From: an uncultured Polaribacter sp.
Lineage (GTDB): Bacteria; Bacteroidota; Bacteroidia; Flavobacteriales; Flavobacteriaceae
Direction of reading: 5' to 3'
DNA: 64,000 nt
Assembly: GCA_905480405.1 (NCBI GenBank)
Contig: CAJQQH010000001.1
Location: forward strand, 2,088-66,087
Below are positions 37,910 to 48,081 of this stretch, piece after piece (position 1 is the first letter of the stretch; every line of letters starts with the position of its first letter). The position numbers and the translations under genes were made by a program. The notes beneath the pieces are model-generated. The model did no database searches, was not told where the DNA came from, and saw only the letters and a list, made by a program, of their open reading frames with translations.

Positions 37910-39289
37910 TTATTTAGTTTCCTTTTTCCAATTCTTATCAAAAGTACATTTGCTATGTGCATCAGACATTTTAATGTAAGTATCTTTTATTTTTTCTTTA
38001 GACCATTTTGTAATAGTTTCTTCTTTCTTTTTCTGTAATGCTAATTGTTGAATTTTAACATAATCCTGAACTAGTTCTGCAGTATGAGTATCTGTTCTAT
38101 CATTCATTACAATAAACTTATACATCTTTTTACCTCCACGATTTTCATCGTAAAAAACATCTGTAAATTCTCCTTTCTTAAGGTCATTTACTCTTGCATA
38201 CAAAGCAGGGTCCATTCTTGTTAAATCAAACTTAGACTCACCAGTATAACCGTTTATAATTAACCCCTCGTTATTCTTAGTTTCTTTATCTTCAGAATAT
38301 TTTTTTACAGCTTCTTTAAAAGTAATTGTACCATCCTTTATTTCTTTTACAATACTCTCTACTTTTTCTTTAGTTGCCTTTAAAGTAGCTTCAGGAATTT
38401 CTGATTGCATTAAAATATGAGAAGCGACTCTAGTATTTCCTTTTACTTCATGTAATTGCATTAAATGGTATCCAAATTGGGATTTAAATGGTTTTGAAAC
38501 CTGACCAACATCTAAACTAAATGCCATTTCTTTAAACTCTTTTATAAAACTAGATTCTTTTGTAACAGTATATTTACCTCCGTTTTGAGTTACTCCAGGA
38601 TCTTCAGAGTTAATAATAGCTTTCATTTTAAAACTAGCACCATCCTCAATTTCTTTCTTTAAGGCTAATAGTTTATTTACTATTCTTTCATTCTCTTCTG
38701 TAGTTGGTTCTGCATTAACTACTATTTGAACTAATTCTATTTCTGCCGGAAATTCTGGCAAATCTCCTTTTTCTTTTAAACCATTAAAATACAAACGAAC
38801 CTCTTCTGGTGTAACACCAATTTTTTCTGTAATTTGAGCTTGTTCTTTTTCTATTAAAACATTTTCTTTTTGAACCGTAAAAAGCTCTTTCTTCAAATCA
38901 TCTATATCATTAAAACCATAAGCCTTAATTACTTTATCTACACTACCATATTGTTTTGTAAAATAATCTACACTATTATCTACTCTACTTGTAACTTCTG
39001 AATCTGTTACAATAACACTATCAATAACTGCGTGATGTGCAAGCAATTTTTGTTGCATTAACTCTTCTAACATTTCACAATCTGTAATTGTTACTTTCCC
39101 TTCAGACCTTACTTCTATTTCTTGCTTAAATTTATCTATATCAGAATCTAAAACAATGTTTTTACCTATTACTACAGCAACACCGTCTATTTTTACTTTC
39201 TGTGCAAAAGTTGAAATACTCATCAACCCAAAAAAAGCTGTTATAACAGTTAATTTAGTATTCTTTAAAATTGTTGTTCTTTGTTGCAT
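37910..39289 (-). CDS. SurA-like periplasmic chaperone / parvulin peptidyl-prolyl isomerase
   Basis: Signal peptide. One PpiC domain (ASHILM...FGYHLMQLHE). Confidence 0.8.
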   Translation of the reverse strand: MQQRTTILKNTKLTVITAFFGLMSISTFAQKVKIDGVAVVIGKNIVLDSDIDKFKQEIEVRSEGKVTITDCEMLEELMQQKLLAHHAVIDSVIVTDSEVTSRVDNSVDYFTKQYGSVDKVIKAYGFNDIDDLKKELFTVQKENVLIEKEQAQITEKIGVTPEEVRLYFNGLKEKGDLPEFPAEIELVQIVVNAEPTTEENERIVNKLLALKKEIEDGASFKMKAIINSEDPGVTQNGGKYTVTKESSFIKEFKEMAFSLDVGQVSKPFKSQFGYHLMQLHEVKGNTRVASHILMQSEIPEATLKATKEKVESIVKEIKDGTITFKEAVKKYSEDKETKNNEGLIINGYTGESKFDLTRMDPALYARVNDLKKGEFTDVFYDENRGGKKMYKFIVMNDRTDTHTAELVQDYVKIQQLALQKKKEETITKWSKEKIKDTYIKMSDAHSKCTFDKNWKKETK

Positions 39290-40103
39290 CTTTTACTAAT
39301 ATTTTTTCTATATCTCTTATTAATTCGATTTTACGTTTATGTAAAATCATTTGCTTTATTTTAGGTTTAATATAGCTTAAAGGAGCTGTATCATTTCTAA
39401 CTAAAACATCTTTTATAGCGACCAAATATAAACCTATTGAATCTTGTTTTTGAAGTAATTTTGTTTTTTTTAACAGATTTTCTTTAGAAAAAGGCAGTTT
39501 TAACAAAACCTTATCTAATTGCGTCCAAATAGAGTCGTTAAAATGATAAAATTTAAAACTTAACTGTTGTTTTTCTAAAGCTTCTAAATCCTCAATATTA
39601 TCGGACTCAAATAAATCTTGAAATTCTTTTTTATTAATAACATTATCATCAAAATGAAGGTATTTTACTTTAACTAACTCTTCATTTAATCTAAAATTAT
39701 CTTTACTTTTCAGGTAAAAATCTTCAATTTCAGCATCGTTGATTATTGTATCTAACTGCTGTTTAATCAGCATTTCTTTGTAATTATTAATTAACAAACT
39801 CTCTTTATAATCTTTTACCAGTGTGTTAATCTCATTTACATCTTCTAGAGAACTATTATGCTCTGCCTTTTTAAGTAACAATTGTTTTATTGCCCAATCA
39901 TTAATATAATTCCTAACAAGAACAATACTATCTTCTTTACTAATATTTGTAGGCAAAACACTTTTAATATCGTCTTTAAATAACTTATCTGTATTTACAA
40001 TTGCTACAATTTCTGATGTTTTACTCACTTTTTCTTGTACATTAAAATAATCACAAGAAGTTAAAAGTAAAATAAAAAAAAGCAGTATTGAAAAGTGTTT
40101 CAT
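39255..40103 (-). CDS. Hypothetical lipoprotein, SurA-N-like chaperone segment
   Basis: Lipobox LLTSC. Helical and Lys/Glu-rich. Sandwiched between two PPIase genes. Confidence 0.5.
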   Translation of the reverse strand: MKHFSILLFFILLLTSCDYFNVQEKVSKTSEIVAIVNTDKLFKDDIKSVLPTNISKEDSIVLVRNYINDWAIKQLLLKKAEHNSSLEDVNEINTLVKDYKESLLINNYKEMLIKQQLDTIINDAEIEDFYLKSKDNFRLNEELVKVKYLHFDDNVINKKEFQDLFESDNIEDLEALEKQQLSFKFYHFNDSIWTQLDKVLLKLPFSKENLLKKTKLLQKQDSIGLYLVAIKDVLVRNDTAPLSYIKPKIKQMILHKRKIELIRDIEKILVKDATKNNNFKEY

Positions 40104-41737
40104 TATTTCTTTTTATAAAATTTAATTAGTTTTTTAAGCTGCTTTTCATTCACAGAAACACTGCTTTTGTTCTTTAAATCTGCAATCCAATTCTTTTCTA
40201 AAAAACTTTGGTAATCATTCATTACCTCTCCTTTAATTTTTTTAAGTTCTTTAGTTTTATACTTACTTAAATTCGCATCAAAAAAGTTCTTTAACCCTAA
40301 AGTATCTTTAGAAGACTTGTTCCATATTTTTTGTTGCATTAATTCAAATAACAATAATCCATCTCTATATTCTTGAATAGTGTAAGCAAACTCTGGCTCA
40401 ACCTTTTCTAAATTATCTTTATAATACCCTAAAATCTCTTGATCTTTAAAATCATTGAAAAGTTGAAAAACTGCAACATTGTTCTTCCTTTTGATAAAAT
40501 TTACAAAATCCTCTTGAGTAAAACTTTTATCATTAATAGTTAAAATAATAGCCTTTAAAGAATCTTTAACTATGTTTCTAATATCTTTTCTATTAAAAAT
40601 GGCTTTAGCTACTTCATTTTCTGTAATCGTATATTTATTCTTTAACCTATCAATAATTACTTTTTTAGATAATTGAGCTCTTTCACTAGATCTAACCTTA
40701 TTCTTTAACTCTCTTTCTAACTCTTTATAAGACTGCACAGGGTATTTTTTTATTAATTGTACAATATGCCAACCAAAACGAGATTTAAAAGGCTTAGAAT
40801 AACCTCCTTCATCTTGTAAACTAAAAGCAACATCTTCAAAAGATTTTACCATTTTACCACTACCAAATTTTCTTAACTTTCCTCCTTTAGATTTAGAACC
40901 AGCATCCTCAGAATATTTTCTTGCCAAAGCCTTAAACTGCTCATCGCTTTCAAGCTTTTTATAAATTGTATTAATAACCTCTTCTCCTTTTGCTGTTTTA
41001 TCTTTTATTAAAATATGAGCTACCTCAACCTCACCCTTAGATAAACGTAAAGCATCTACTTTTAAAACATGATAACCAAAACGAGATTTAAAAGGCTTAG
41101 AAACCTCACCTACTTTCGTACTATATGCAGCATCCTCAAAAGGGTACACCATTCTAAAAGCAGAAAAATACCCTAAATTACCCTTATTACCAACTCTACC
41201 TTTTCTAGCATCATCTCTTGCTGAAGGATCTTCTGATGTTTCAACAGCCACTTTTTCAAAATCTTCTCCTGCAGTTAATCTAGCTTTAATTTTAACAATT
41301 TTTTGGTAAGCTTCTAAAGTATCTTTTGGTGTTGGTACTTTTGGTGTTATAACTAAAATATGTTTAGCTTTTACCTCATTTTTTGTTCTATAATAAGCAT
41401 CTTTTACAAGTTTATTTATATAAGCAGAATCTTGCATATAAGGTGCAGATAGTTGATTTTTATAACCCTCCATCTCTTTTTTATAAGACGATAGAGTATC
41501 TAACTTTATAGCATAAGCTTGTTTTACTTTTAATTTGTAATTAATAAAAAGATCTAAATTTTTCTTAACATCTTTAGCCTCTTCATTATCAATTGCATCT
41601 AAATTTTTCTCGTAAACTCTTTTAAAATCAGAGACAGTAGTTTTTTCTCCATCTATAGTTAATAAAACTTTATTTCTTTTTTGCGAAAAAACACTACTTA
41701 CACAACATAAAACTACTAATAACAATAACTTTCTCAT
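40103..41737 (-). CDS. Parvulin-type peptidyl-prolyl isomerase with two PpiC domains
   Basis: AKHILV...FGYHVLKV and VAHILI...FGWHIVQL. Signal peptide. Confidence 0.8.
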   Translation of the reverse strand: MRKLLLLVVLCCVSSVFSQKRNKVLLTIDGEKTTVSDFKRVYEKNLDAIDNEEAKDVKKNLDLFINYKLKVKQAYAIKLDTLSSYKKEMEGYKNQLSAPYMQDSAYINKLVKDAYYRTKNEVKAKHILVITPKVPTPKDTLEAYQKIVKIKARLTAGEDFEKVAVETSEDPSARDDARKGRVGNKGNLGYFSAFRMVYPFEDAAYSTKVGEVSKPFKSRFGYHVLKVDALRLSKGEVEVAHILIKDKTAKGEEVINTIYKKLESDEQFKALARKYSEDAGSKSKGGKLRKFGSGKMVKSFEDVAFSLQDEGGYSKPFKSRFGWHIVQLIKKYPVQSYKELERELKNKVRSSERAQLSKKVIIDRLKNKYTITENEVAKAIFNRKDIRNIVKDSLKAIILTINDKSFTQEDFVNFIKRKNNVAVFQLFNDFKDQEILGYYKDNLEKVEPEFAYTIQEYRDGLLLFELMQQKIWNKSSKDTLGLKNFFDANLSKYKTKELKKIKGEVMNDYQSFLEKNWIADLKNKSSVSVNEKQLKKLIKFYKKK

Positions 41738-41741
41738 AAAC

Positions 41742-42023
41742 CTATAATGATATAATTCCTTTAATTTTTTCAGCTTTTTTGTAATATTCTATTACTTTAT
41801 CAGCATTCTTTATCTTTAATACGATAGAAAGACTAATATATTTTCCTGTTTTAGACTTTTTTGTCTTAATAACTGCTCCAGAATTATTAAACAAGTCTTG
41901 TACTTCGTTTACTTGATTTTCATCTGAAGGTACTATAAATTTATACATATAATCAGCAGGAAACTTAGTAGTATCCTCTAATTGATCTTTTAACTTAATG
42001 TAAAAATCGTTTTTATCACTCAT
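41742..42023 (-). CDS. YbeD/DUF493-family small protein
   Basis: FPADYMYKFIVP...KTGKYISLSIVL parallels YbeD FP..FTYKVMG...SKGNYHSVSI. Confidence 0.65.
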   Translation of the reverse strand: MSDKNDFYIKLKDQLEDTTKFPADYMYKFIVPSDENQVNEVQDLFNNSGAVIKTKKSKTGKYISLSIVLKIKNADKVIEYYKKAEKIKGIISL

Positions 42024-42168
42024 ATATAATTGAATATCTTTTAAAATATTTTAAAATAACAAGACACAAAATTACATTAAAAATTAGTTTTATAAAGCGA
42101 ATGATTTATTTTTGTGAATCACTCTATAAGTAGTAAAATTAAAAATTAAGAACTCTAAGACAAAATAC

Positions 42169-42720
42169 TTGCAAAAAAAACAGCAAAAAATCGTTTTAAT
42201 TGGTGGCCCCGGAACAGGAAAAACAACTATAATAAATAAATTGAAAGAGAAAAATTTTTTCTGTTTCGATGAAGTATCTAGAGAAGTTATTTCTAAAGCA
42301 CAAGAAAAAGGAATAGAACAGCTATTTTTAACCGAACCTCTTTTGTTTAGCGAAATGCTATTAGAAGGAAGAGAAGAGCAATTTTTAAAAGCAAAAAAAT
42401 CTAAAGAAGAGCTTATTTTTTTTGATAGAGGAATACCAGATGTTCATGCATACATGAATTACTTTAAAACGGAATATCCAGATACTTTCTTAAAAAAAAG
42501 CAAACAATACAAGTACGATCTTATTTTTCATTTTTCTCCTTGGAAAGAAATTCACACTACAGATAATGAACGCTATGAAACTTTTGAGGAATCTACAACA
42601 ATAGACACATTTCTTAAAGAAGCTTACTCAGACTTAAACTACAAAATAATAAACGTTCCATTTGGTACAATTGATGAAAGAACAAATTTTATAATTAATT
42701 CGCTTTCTTGCGATATATGA
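42169..42720 (+). CDS. AAA_28/NadR-like P-loop ATPase (TTG start)
   Basis: Walker A IGGPGTGKTT 8 aa from the N-terminus. No in-frame ATG upstream. Stop overlaps the recQ ATG (ATGA). Confidence 0.6.
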   Translation: MQKKQQKIVLIGGPGTGKTTIINKLKEKNFFCFDEVSREVISKAQEKGIEQLFLTEPLLFSEMLLEGREEQFLKAKKSKEELIFFDRGIPDVHAYMNYFKTEYPDTFLKKSKQYKYDLIFHFSPWKEIHTTDNERYETFEESTTIDTFLKEAYSDLNYKIINVPFGTIDERTNFIINSLSCDI

Positions 42721-44606
42721 TTTCCGCAAAAGAAATACTACAAGAATATTGGGGATTTTCTTCTTTTAGAGAACCACAAGAAGCTATTATAAATACAGTT
42801 TTACAAAACAAAGACACCATTACTCTACTACCAACCGGTGGCGGTAAATCTATTTGTTTTCAAGTACCCGCATTAATTAAAGAAGGTGTATGTATCGTAA
42901 TTTCACCATTAATTGCTTTAATGCAAGATCAAGTAGAGAGCCTACAAAAAAGAAACATAAAAGCAACAACCATAAAATCTGGTTCTTCTCAAAATGAAAT
43001 TATTACACTTTTTGACAACATTAAGTTTGGTAATTTTAAATTTTTGTACATTTCTCCAGAAAGGTTACAATCAACTTTTATTCAACAAAAAATTAAAGAA
43101 TTAAACATTTCTTTTGTAGCAATAGATGAAGCACATTGCATCTCTGAATGGGGACACGACTTTAGACCTTCTTATCGAAACATTAAAATAGTAAGAGAAC
43201 TTATTCCAAATCTTAATTTTATAGCTCTTACAGCAACTGCTAACAAGAGGGTTTTAGAAGATATTTCTAAAAATCTTGAGTTAGAAGAACCTTCCGTTTT
43301 TAAAAAATCTTTTGAAAGAGAAAATTTAGCATATCAAATTTTTTCTGTAGAAGATAAATTATTGCGGTTAGAACAGATTTTTACAAAAACTAAAACACCA
43401 GCAATTGTTTATGTAAACTCAAGAAAAAAAACAGTAGAAATTGCCAATTTTTTGAATTCTAAAAAATTTAAAAGCAGTTTTTATCACGGAGGATTATCGT
43501 CTAAAGAAAAACAGAATTCTTTTGAAAATTGGATGACAGAAAAAACTCCTATCATAATTTCTACAAATGCATTTGGAATGGGAATTGACAAATCAAATGT
43601 TGGAATTGTAGTCCATTATGATCTTCCATTAAGCATCGAAAACTACATACAAGAATCTGGACGTGCTGGAAGAAATAACAAAAAATCATTTGCTGTTTTA
43701 TTAAAAAATGAAAACGACATTTCTGTTTATAAAAAACAGATAGAAAAATCATTACCAAGTATCTTAGAAATAAAAGAGGTGCACAGAAAATTATATCAAT
43801 ACTTTAGAATTTCTAACGGAGAAATTACAGAGAATCACTACGCTTTTAACATTTTAGAATTCTCAAAAACATACGATTTTTCAGTTCTAAAAGTAGATGC
43901 TATTTTAAAAATATTATCCAACAACGGCATCATAGAACTAACAAATACTTACAACCAAAAATCTACTGTATTTTTTAAAGAAACTAGTAAAAACGTTATT
44001 ATACACGCTATAAGAAATATCTATACAAAGAAATTTATAGATTCATTATTAAGAACTTATAGCGGTTTATTTAAACAAGAAGTTAAAGTAGACGAATTTC
44101 TACTCGCTAAGAAATGCAACATCACTTCAAAGCAAGTAATTGCAAATTTAGAGCGTTTAGACCAAGAAGAAATACTAACCTACAAGAGAGTAAAAACAGA
44201 TACAGAAATTTGCTTCTTAGTGCCAAGAGAAGATGATAAAACCATCAATAGATATTCTAAAGAAATCATTCAATTTCTAAAACAAAAAGAAAAAAAATCT
44301 ATAGATTTCTTAGAATATATTCAGAACAAATTAACCTGTAGAAACATTCAAATATTAGAATATTTTGATGAAAAATCTACAAACAAATGTGGTATTTGCG
44401 ATGTTTGTTTATCAGAAAAAAGAGCTAAAAAAGAGAACATTTCTATTAATATAATTTCACTTTTAAAGACTAAAAACAGTCTTACATCGCAAGAAATAAA
44501 TCAACATTTAAAGGCAAATGAAAAAGACATTTTAATACATTTGCGTAAACTTTTATCTGAAGATAAAATAGAAATTAACAACCAAAATAAGTACCAACTT
44601 AAATAA
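42717..44606 (+). CDS. recQ: RecQ-family ATP-dependent DNA helicase
   Basis: FREPQEAII, TGGGKS, DEAHCISEWGHDFRPSY, ATNAFGMGIDK, QESGRAGR, C-terminal Cys cluster CGICDVC. Confidence 0.9.
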   Translation: MISAKEILQEYWGFSSFREPQEAIINTVLQNKDTITLLPTGGGKSICFQVPALIKEGVCIVISPLIALMQDQVESLQKRNIKATTIKSGSSQNEIITLFDNIKFGNFKFLYISPERLQSTFIQQKIKELNISFVAIDEAHCISEWGHDFRPSYRNIKIVRELIPNLNFIALTATANKRVLEDISKNLELEEPSVFKKSFERENLAYQIFSVEDKLLRLEQIFTKTKTPAIVYVNSRKKTVEIANFLNSKKFKSSFYHGGLSSKEKQNSFENWMTEKTPIIISTNAFGMGIDKSNVGIVVHYDLPLSIENYIQESGRAGRNNKKSFAVLLKNENDISVYKKQIEKSLPSILEIKEVHRKLYQYFRISNGEITENHYAFNILEFSKTYDFSVLKVDAILKILSNNGIIELTNTYNQKSTVFFKETSKNVIIHAIRNIYTKKFIDSLLRTYSGLFKQEVKVDEFLLAKKCNITSKQVIANLERLDQEEILTYKRVKTDTEICFLVPREDDKTINRYSKEIIQFLKQKEKKSIDFLEYIQNKLTCRNIQILEYFDEKSTNKCGICDVCLSEKRAKKENISINIISLLKTKNSLTSQEINQHLKANEKDILIHLRKLLSEDKIEINNQNKYQLK

Positions 44607-44613
44607 AAGAAAC

Positions 44614-45558
44614 ATGAAAGATTTACGTATTATTTTTATGGGAACACCAGATTTTGCTGTTACCATTTTAAAACATTTAGTAGATAATAATTATAATGTA
44701 GTTGGTGTAATAACTGCTCCAGATAAACCAGCAGGAAGAGGAAGAAAACTAAATGAATCTGCAGTAAAAAAATACGCTTTATCAGAAAAATTACCAATTC
44801 TTCAACCGAAAAATTTAAAAAATGAAGAATTTCACGAAGAACTAAAAGCTTTTAAGGCCGATTTACAAATTGTTGTTGCCTTTAGAATGTTACCTAAAAT
44901 TGTTTGGCAAATGCCCAAATTAGGTACTTTTAACCTACACGCATCTTTATTACCAGAATATAGAGGAGCAGCTCCTATACATTGGGCTATTATAAATGGA
45001 GAATCCAAAACAGGTGTTACAACCTTTTTTATTGATGATAAAATTGATACTGGAGAAATTATTCTTCAAGATGAAATAAACATTAATGATGATGAAACCG
45101 TTGGATCTCTACATGACAAATTAATGCACTTAGGAGCTAATTTAGTAGGAAAAACAGTAGATTTAATTTCTGACGGAAACGTAAAAACAAAAAAACAGCC
45201 AGAATTAGAAGAAAAATCAGCATCAAAACTAAACCCAGAAAACACAAAAATTGATTGGACAGATTCTTTAAACAACATATACAACAAAATAAGAGGTTTA
45301 AACCCTTTCCCTACTGCTTGGACAATCATAGAAAATGATACCGAAGAAATTACTGCAAAAATATATGCTATAAATAAGGAAATAGTTGAGCATGAATATA
45401 ATACAGGTAAAATAATAAATACGAAGAAAGAAATGAAAGTTGCGGTTAAAAATGGATTCATAATTATTGAAGAAATTAAACTTTCTGGTAAGAAAAAAAT
45501 GGATAGTAAAAGCCTATTAAATGGTTATACTTTTTCTGAAGATTCTAAAATGCTTTAA
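44614..45558 (+). CDS. fmt: Methionyl-tRNA formyltransferase
   Basis: IIFMGTPDFAV, NLHASLLPEYRGAAPIHWAIINGE. Confidence 0.92.
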   Translation: MKDLRIIFMGTPDFAVTILKHLVDNNYNVVGVITAPDKPAGRGRKLNESAVKKYALSEKLPILQPKNLKNEEFHEELKAFKADLQIVVAFRMLPKIVWQMPKLGTFNLHASLLPEYRGAAPIHWAIINGESKTGVTTFFIDDKIDTGEIILQDEININDDETVGSLHDKLMHLGANLVGKTVDLISDGNVKTKKQPELEEKSASKLNPENTKIDWTDSLNNIYNKIRGLNPFPTAWTIIENDTEEITAKIYAINKEIVEHEYNTGKIINTKKEMKVAVKNGFIIIEEIKLSGKKKMDSKSLLNGYTFSEDSKML

Positions 45559-45662
45559 ACCCTTTGTTGACAAGGATTTTAGAGTTTTTTGATTTATCAC
45601 ACTACCTTTATCAACAATTTACACCTATTTATTAACAAAAACATGCTTTTTTTGATGGCAAA

Positions 45663-45693
45663 TTTGTGTAAACCCTTAATCCGTCTATATTTG
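45663..45693 (+). promoter_or_regulatory. Bacteroidota sigma-A-type promoter upstream of HU
   Basis: TTTG (45663-45666), then N19, then TATATTTG (45686-45693). This fits the -33 TTTG / -7 TAnnTTTG consensus. It lies 55 nt upstream of the ATG. Confidence 0.6.
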
Positions 45694-45748
45694 TTAAGCT
45701 TTATAGCAAAAAAAAAATAATATTCAATTAATTTAAAATCTATTTATT

Positions 45749-46021
45749 ATGAACAAGTCAGATTTAATCGATGCAATGGCTGCAGATGCAGGAATTTCTA
45801 AAGTAGCTGCTAAAGCATGTTTAGAATCTTTTACAGGTAATGTAACTTCTGCTTTAAAAGGTGGTGGTAAAGTTGCTTTAGTTGGTTTTGGAACTTTTTC
45901 AGTTTCTAACAGAGCTGCTAGAACTGGTAGAAACCCACAAACAGGAAAAACTATCCAAATCGCTGCTAAAAATGTAGCAAAATTTAAAGCTGGAGCTGGA
46001 TTAAGCGACGCTGTAAACTAA
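45749..46021 (+). CDS. hup: HU-family DNA-binding protein
   Basis: 90 aa. [26 protein letters not shown] arm motif. Confidence 0.92.
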   Translation: MNKSDLIDAMAADAGISKVAAKACLESFTGNVTSALKGGGKVALVGFGTFSVSNRAARTGRNPQTGKTIQIAAKNVAKFKAGAGLSDAVN

Positions 46022-46043
46022 AACATATAGTTTAAAGTATTAA

Positions 46044-46071
46044 AAACTCTCTTTTTAAGAGAGTTTTTTTT
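46044..46071 (+). terminator. Rho-independent terminator of HU
   Basis: Stem AAACTCTCTT/AAGAGAGTTT, 3-nt loop, then a T-run to 46071. Confidence 0.75.
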
Positions 46072-46098
46072 ATACCTATATTTTAATTATATTTACTT

Positions 46099-46656
46099 AT
46101 GCCACATTTAAAACCACTTAAAGGAAAATTATTAATTGCTGAACCTTCTATTTTAAATGATAGTTCTTTTAATAGAACAATTATTTTAATAACAGAACAT
46201 ACAGAGAATAATTCTATTGGTTTTATTTTAAACAGACCTTTGGAATACACGATAGAAGATTTGTTACCAGAAATTAAAAGTGACTTTACAATTTATCAAG
46301 GAGGACCAGTAGAGCAAGATAATTTATACTTTGTACATAAAGTGCCAGACTTAATACCAGATAGCATAGAAGTAGATAATGGTATCTTTTGGGGCGGTAA
46401 TTTTGAATCTTTAAAACTTTTACTTAATAACGGTACCTTAAAAAAAACAGATATTCGATTTTTTCTTGGGTACTCTGGCTGGAGCAAGCATCAGCTTAAA
46501 GATGAACTAAATACTAATTCTTGGTTTGTTTCAGAAAACGATATTAAAAACACTTTTTCTAACGAGAACGAATCTCTTTGGAAAAATAAAATACTACAAA
46601 AAGGCGGCGACTATAAGTTATGGGCAAATGCACCTAGTGATGTTAATTTAAATTAA
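46099..46656 (+). CDS. YqgE/AlgH-family protein (UPF0301)
   Basis: LLIAEPSILNDSSFNRTIILITEH...GFILNRP...GGPV...GYSGWSKHQL. Confidence 0.85.
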   Translation: MPHLKPLKGKLLIAEPSILNDSSFNRTIILITEHTENNSIGFILNRPLEYTIEDLLPEIKSDFTIYQGGPVEQDNLYFVHKVPDLIPDSIEVDNGIFWGGNFESLKLLLNNGTLKKTDIRFFLGYSGWSKHQLKDELNTNSWFVSENDIKNTFSNENESLWKNKILQKGGDYKLWANAPSDVNLN

Positions 46657-47486
46657 ACAGAAGTTACTTCTAAAACTTTTAAGCTTTTACTTATTTTACT
46701 TGAAAAATCAGTGGTAAACGATTTCTTTTTATAATTTGTAATTCCCTGAATACCAATAATTGCGTTTGTTATAAAAACCTCATCTGCTTTTTGAATTTCA
46801 AAAGGCGAAATACTTGTCTCTTCTATAGTAAAATCTTCATTTTTAGATATAATTTCAATCACTTTAGCCCTAACAACTCCCTTAATACAACCTTCCGTTA
46901 AAGCGGGTGTTTTTACTACATTACCTTTTAAAACAAAAACATTTGCATTTGTAACTTCTACAACTCCTTTATTCTCGTTAATTAAAACACAATTATCTAA
47001 ATCATTCTCTTTAGCATATATACTTGCCAAAGTGTTTACCATTCTATTATTAGTCTTTATTGTTGATAATAATCCTGAGTAGTTATAAAAATCTTTAAAA
47101 ACATCAACTGTATATTTTTCTTTTGTTTCATAAGTATTTGCTTTAACTTCAATTAAATAGTCTATCTCATTTGTTTTTGGAGTATACAAACCTCCATCTT
47201 TTCTATAAACATTTAATCGTACTCTAAAAGAAGAATTACCTTCATTAGCAGCAACAGTTTTTAAGATTTCTTCTTCTAAAAACTCTAAAGTAAACTTCAT
47301 TGGTATTTTCATACGCAACATTCTCATTGAAGCCATTAACCTAAAATAATGATCTTCCCAGAAAACAACTTTCTTGTTATTCACTTTTATGGTTTCAAAA
47401 ATAGAATCACCATATTTAAATCCTCTATTTTCTATAGATAGATTCATATTTTCTACCAACAATAATTCACCATTAAAATTAATCAT
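46653..47486 (-). CDS. Class IV aminotransferase-fold protein (aminodeoxychorismate lyase/BCAT-like)
   Basis: FKYGDSIFETIKV near the N-terminus and ADEVFITNAIIGIQG near the C-terminus. Confidence 0.7.
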   Translation of the reverse strand: MINFNGELLLVENMNLSIENRGFKYGDSIFETIKVNNKKVVFWEDHYFRLMASMRMLRMKIPMKFTLEFLEEEILKTVAANEGNSSFRVRLNVYRKDGGLYTPKTNEIDYLIEVKANTYETKEKYTVDVFKDFYNYSGLLSTIKTNNRMVNTLASIYAKENDLDNCVLINENKGVVEVTNANVFVLKGNVVKTPALTEGCIKGVVRAKVIEIISKNEDFTIEETSISPFEIQKADEVFITNAIIGIQGITNYKKKSFTTDFSSKISKSLKVLEVTSV

Positions 47487-47537
47487 ATTTCAACTTTTAG
47501 AATTGCAAAACTACTATATTTAACAGAATTAAGACAT

Positions 47538-47562
47538 AAAAAAACTCAGCAAATTGCTGAGT
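47538..47562 (-). terminator. Rho-independent terminator downstream of the START-like gene
   Basis: Stem ACTCAGC/GCTGAGT (47544-47562), followed on the minus strand by T6 (the A-run 47538-47543 on plus). Confidence 0.7.
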
Positions 47563-47589
47563 TTTAATTTATTTTTAAAGTTTATTTTT

Positions 47590-47973
47590 TTAAGCACCAA
47601 TTGTATGCCTTAACTCATCAATCTGATTTTCCCAAAGTTGCTTCGCTTCGTCTACTTCATCTTCATCATCAGCAAAATCAGTTACAATTAAAGAAACATC
47701 TTTAGTTAATGCATCTACTTGTATTTTTATTTCGAAAAAACTATCATCTCCTTCACTCTCTAGCCACTTAAAACGAATTCTATCGCCTGCTTTTTTAGTA
47801 ACTAGTTCTGCCTCCTCTACTTCTCCTTCCCAAGAAAAAGAAAATATTTTACCTCTTGAGTTTACTTTGTCAGCAAACCATTCTTGCAAATTAGAAGGTG
47901 ATGAAATGTACTGATACAACATATTAGGTGATGCATGTATAGGGATTTCTAATTCGTATTTTACTTTATCCAT
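47590..47973 (-). CDS. START/AHSA1-like (SRPBCC) domain protein
   Basis: 127 aa. LQEWFADKV...FSWEGE...FKW pattern. Weak, fold-level call. Confidence 0.5.
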   Translation of the reverse strand: MDKVKYELEIPIHASPNMLYQYISSPSNLQEWFADKVNSRGKIFSFSWEGEVEEAELVTKKAGDRIRFKWLESEGDDSFFEIKIQVDALTKDVSLIVTDFADDEDEVDEAKQLWENQIDELRHTIGA

Positions 47974-48036
47974 TATTAAAAACTTAGGTTGACAATATAG
48001 GTATTAATTCTATTTAAAAAAAATTAAAAACACAAC

Positions 48037-48066
48037 TTGCGAGTTTGTAAAATTCTATTATATTTG
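48037..48066 (+). promoter_or_regulatory. Promoter of tRNA-Met
   Basis: TTG (48037-48039), then N19, then TATATTTG (48059-48066). It ends 16 nt upstream of the tRNA 5' end. Confidence 0.65.
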
Positions 48067-48081
48067 CAGCCTCTAACAAAA

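Noticed and set aside
36954-41737. MoxR ATPase as the head of a Bat/aerotolerance or VWA-partner operon
   Set aside because: No DUF58, VWA or BatA-E genes follow. The neighbours are three SurA/parvulin-type chaperone genes, which is an ordinary conserved arrangement.
42039-42056. 18-bp perfect palindrome TTTTAAAATATTTTAAAA
   Set aside because: It is pure A/T low-complexity sequence in an AT-rich spacer and is expected by chance. There is no flanking structure.
45066-45461. 131-aa minus-strand ORF
   Set aside because: It is entirely antisense to fmt, whose catalytic motifs are intact. It is a shadow ORF.
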